64,000 bases of DNA, taken from contig JAQIJO010000002.1 in NCBI GenBank assembly GCA_036946225.1, positions 377,386-441,385 on the forward strand. Reading direction: 5' to 3'. The stretch's first letter is position 1; every line of letters begins with the position of its first letter. A program made the translations under genes and the position numbers. This stretch comes from Xylophilus ampelinus (lineage in GTDB: Bacteria > Pseudomonadota > Gammaproteobacteria > Burkholderiales > Burkholderiaceae_C). Shown here piece by piece: positions 61,697 to 64,000 of this stretch. Under the pieces are notes generated by a model. It ran no database searches, had not been told where the DNA came from, and was given only the letters and a program-made list of their open reading frames with translations.

Positions 61697-62428
61697 TCAG
61701 GTCAAACGCGCCCTGCGCCGTGCGACCGCCGTGCCCAGCAATCCGAGGCCGATCAACGCCAGGGAGCCGGGTTCGGGCACGTTGTTGGGCACGGCGCTGT
61801 CGCCGTTGAAATTCGCGCTGCCGAAAGCCGTGGCGATGTTGCCGTTGAGAAAGGTGGTGAACGAAGAGGTGAACGACAGATCGGCGCCGTTGGCCTTCGA
61901 ATTGGTATCGAAGTATTCCGCTGCAACGCCTCCGGCCACGTCGAGCAGGCCGCTGCCGGTGAGGGTCGGGCCGCTGTTGGCCGTGCCGGAAAGCGTGTAA
62001 CCGGTGCCGGTGGAATTGCCGACCAAGGAGAGCCAGAGGACGCCGTCGCTCGCGGTGGCCGCGGTCAGCGCGGTGCCGCCGCTGGCGTTGCCGCTGGCGT
62101 CGTAATACACGTTGAGGATGCCGCCCGAGTAATAAGTGGTACCACCGCTGGTCGTGACCGGCGTGTATCCGGAGAAGGCGAAGGTCAATTCGCCGCCCAG
62201 GGCTGCGAAGACGCTCTGCAGGGTGTTGTTCAGGGTCGTGATGAAACCATAGCCCGAGAGCTCGCCGTTCGCGGCGATGTTCTGGAACACCTGAGCGCTG
62301 GTGCCGGTGAAGTCGAAGATGGAGTCGGTGTCGAAGGTGACGCCGGCAATGGTCACGGGTACCGCGTGCGCGGAGGCGACCGATGCGGCGGCGGCGATGG
62401 CCGCCAGGTATTTCTTGAGAAGCTTCAT
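61697..62428 (-). CDS. PEP-CTERM sorting-domain exported protein (putative exosortase substrate)
   Basis: Signal MKLLKKYLAAIAAAASVASAHA. The body is Gly/Thr/Ser-rich. The C-terminus is NNVPEPGSLALIGLGLLGTAVARRRARLT: a PEP motif, a hydrophobic helix and an Arg cluster, which is the PEP-CTERM signature. Confidence 0.85.
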   Translation of the reverse strand: MKLLKKYLAAIAAAASVASAHAVPVTIAGVTFDTDSIFDFTGTSAQVFQNIAANGELSGYGFITTLNNTLQSVFAALGGELTFAFSGYTPVTTSGGTTYYSGGILNVYYDASGNASGGTALTAATASDGVLWLSLVGNSTGTGYTLSGTANSGPTLTGSGLLDVAGGVAAEYFDTNSKANGADLSFTSSFTTFLNGNIATAFGSANFNGDSAVPNNVPEPGSLALIGLGLLGTAVARRRARLT

Positions 62429-62553
62429 GCTGAGGACTCCAGGGTTTTTCGGCGACGAGCGCCGGAGGTTGGGAAACTCTTATCGCGCGTCGGTGCGCAA
62501 GGTCGCCTGCCCTTCGCGAGTCGGGCACGCGAGTGATGAAGTGCAGGGCGCGG

Positions 62554-63693
62554 CTAGCGCGCCTCAGCGAGGGCTGCGCCCAGGACGTCGTACAACGCCT
62601 GGACCAGTGCGTCGATGCTGGGACGTGGCAGGACCGCGAGCCGCAGAAAGGTGGAGCTCGAGCCGATCTTGTTGCCGCATTTGCGTACGTAGATGCCATG
62701 CTTCTCCAGCAGATCAGCCCGCAACGCTTTGCCGTCGCGCACCGGCCGCAGCTCGACATACAGGAAGTTGGCGCGCGACGGATGAACGACGAGTCCGGGC
62801 ACGCGTTGCAACGCCTGCTCCATGTAGGTGCGGTCGCGGTCGACGAGCGCGAAGCTGGCATCGAACGCCAGGCGTGCTTCAGGGTTGCGCGCCAATTCTT
62901 CGAGCACGTATGCCGCGATGCCGTTGATGTTCCACCAGGGCAGGCGGTCGCGCAGCGCGGCGGCGCGCGCCGGATTGGCCACCGCATAGCCGAGCCGGAT
63001 GCCGTGCCAGCCCAGCGACTTGCCCAAGCTTTTCACGATGACCAGATTGGCGCTGCGCGTGGCCAGGTTAGCGGCGCTGCGCAGGCCGGAGAAATCGATG
63101 AACGATTCGTCCACCACGACAGCGTCGAGATGGGCCAGCTTCTCGGTCAGGATCTCGATGTCGCGGTGTTCGAACCACGCACCGGTCGGGTTGTTCGGGT
63201 TGCACAGCACCAGCGTCCTGGCGCGACGACGGACCGCCTCTTCGGCCAGTTCATCCGCATCAATGCGCCAACCCTTCTCGCGTCGGTGCGGCACGAAATG
63301 CAATAGGGTACCGAGCACGGGTGGCAGGTCGGTCCAGCGTCCGAAAGTGGGCACCGTCGTCACCATCGGCCCGCCCGCGGCTTGGCACAGCGCGTTGATG
63401 ATTTCGGTGGAACCGTTGGCGACGACGACGCACGCGGGCGGCAAGTCCGCCACCGCGGCAATGTGCGCCTCGTGGGTCGCGGCGTAGTCGGGGTAGTGCT
63501 TGAGCAGGTCCGGCAGCCGTGCGGTGATGCGCTCGAGCATGCCCGGGGTCGGGAAATACGGGTTTACCGGCACGCAGAAGTCGAGTACCCGGCGCGGTCC
63601 GCCGAGGGCGTGTCGAACCGCATTCATGGATGGGTTGTGGGCGGGCGCGGACAGGAGCTCCTGCAGCGTGCCAGATGAAGCTTTAGATCGCAC
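62554..63693 (-). CDS. class I/II aminotransferase-fold PLP enzyme, CobD/HisC-like (threonine-phosphate decarboxylase-like)
   Basis: ...VLDFCVPVNPYFPTPGMLERI...HYPD......VVVANGSTEIINAL...LVLCNPNNPTG...VVVDESFIDF....NLVIVKSLGKSLGWHGIRLGY has the PLP-Lys block SLGK and the NPNNPTG block. The proposed GTG start at 63693 follows GGAGG by 5 nt and overlaps the upstream gene end. An alternative ATG lies at 63627. Confidence 0.75.
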   Translation of the reverse strand: MRSKASSGTLQELLSAPAHNPSMNAVRHALGGPRRVLDFCVPVNPYFPTPGMLERITARLPDLLKHYPDYAATHEAHIAAVADLPPACVVVANGSTEIINALCQAAGGPMVTTVPTFGRWTDLPPVLGTLLHFVPHRREKGWRIDADELAEEAVRRRARTLVLCNPNNPTGAWFEHRDIEILTEKLAHLDAVVVDESFIDFSGLRSAANLATRSANLVIVKSLGKSLGWHGIRLGYAVANPARAAALRDRLPWWNINGIAAYVLEELARNPEARLAFDASFALVDRDRTYMEQALQRVPGLVVHPSRANFLYVELRPVRDGKALRADLLEKHGIYVRKCGNKIGSSSTFLRLAVLPRPSIDALVQALYDVLGAALAEAR

Positions 63694-64000
63694 GATTGCC
63701 TCCGCCGATGATGCGGAACGCGCCCAGCACATCGAGATCGTCGCCGAACTCGTGGTCCATCCTGTCGCGCAGCTGCTCCTCGTGTCCCGGAGCGTCTTCG
63801 AACAGCAGTCCGAGCACCGTGCCGCTGTGGGCGCAGTTGATTCCGACAAGTCCCCACTCCGCCGACAGAGCCCTCAGCTCGCGGAAGCCCTTCTTGGGCA
63901 GGATGAACTGGCTCAACTCGGCGCTGGCCGTCGCGGCTTCACCGATGCAACGGTTGCAACCCTCGGTCAGTCCTCTCGCGAGGGTGCGCAAGGCGTCGCG
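63683..64000 (-). CDS. GHMP-kinase-like protein, C-terminal part (PduX/threonine-kinase-like); 5' end lies outside the window
   Basis: ...GEAATASAELSQFILPKKGFRELRALSAEWGLVGINCAHSGTVLGLLFEDAPGHEEQLRDRM... The AHSGTxxGLLF block resembles the GHMP C-terminal domain of PduX-type kinases. Only ~100 aa are visible. Confidence 0.5.
   Translation of the reverse strand, partial: RDALRTLARGLTEGCNRCIGEAATASAELSQFILPKKGFRELRALSAEWGLVGINCAHSGTVLGLLFEDAPGHEEQLRDRMDHEFGDDLDVLGAFRIIGGGNRAI

Noticed and set aside
15244-63849. N-terminal extensions suggested by the ORF track for several genes (15244..16803, 16260..17240, 17024..18433, 33602..34315, 40363..43158, 50649..52091, 62554..63849, 1709..3235)
   Set aside because: The extensions overlap the upstream gene or the intergenic promoter region. 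They lack family similarity, and internal starts with RBS or ATGA/GTGA coupling give normal-length proteins.
1-64000. Search for known defence, toxin-antitoxin, phage, conjugation or integron modules (nucleases, helicases, methyltransferases, reverse transcriptases, Abi, TIR, STAND ATPases, integrases, relaxases)
   Set aside because: I recognised none of their signatures in any frame. The unexplained space is limited to short intergenic or decayed segments (6237-6910, 24586-24869, 27006-27186, 56730-56877, 58190-58366, 60362-60629). A profile-based scan such as DefenseFinder or PADLOC would be the decisive check.

Overview
High-GC, betaproteobacterium-like (Burkholderiales-type) chromosomal segment. 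A sampled 60-nt line at position 1 is 70% GC; one at 60361 is 42% GC. Positions 1-6240 look like conserved core: the 3' end of a ferredoxin-NADP reductase gene, a DUF2252 gene, thiD, thiO-thiS-thiG-thiE, and tRNA-Asn(GTT) with a strong terminator. Everything after the tRNA looks accessory. It contains IS debris: a complete IS3-family element nested in a decayed one, an IS903-like element with a frameshifted transposase, IS5 and IS3 fragments, and at least eight truncated, frameshifted or nonsense-interrupted genes. Between these lies a long run of catabolic modules built around ten orphan Bug/TctC-type periplasmic binding proteins. The modules carry amidohydrolases, cupins, IDH/IPMDH-family dehydrogenases, an aconitase paralogue, a CoA-transferase/hydratase set, a HisD-like dehydrogenase and a DUF1537 kinase with a class II aldolase. 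Their regulators are one LacI, one GntR/FCD, three unusual double-wHTH GntR-like proteins and one OmpR/HK pair. The last ~7 kb drops in GC and encodes exported proteins: a Tat-lipoprotein GDSL esterase, an orphan GspD secretin, a dioxygenase-fold Tat-lipoprotein and a PEP-CTERM protein. These are followed by a CobD-like decarboxylase/aminotransferase gene and a GHMP-kinase gene. I found no rRNA, CRISPR array, phage, conjugation or recognisable defence genes. The best candidates for undescribed biology are the DUF1537 kinase / class II aldolase / tandem-MGS / IPMDH-like cluster, the duplicated catabolic modules with double-wHTH GntR regulators, and the orphan-secretin/PEP-CTERM exported-protein block. 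All functional calls rest on by-eye motif recognition only; no database search was run.
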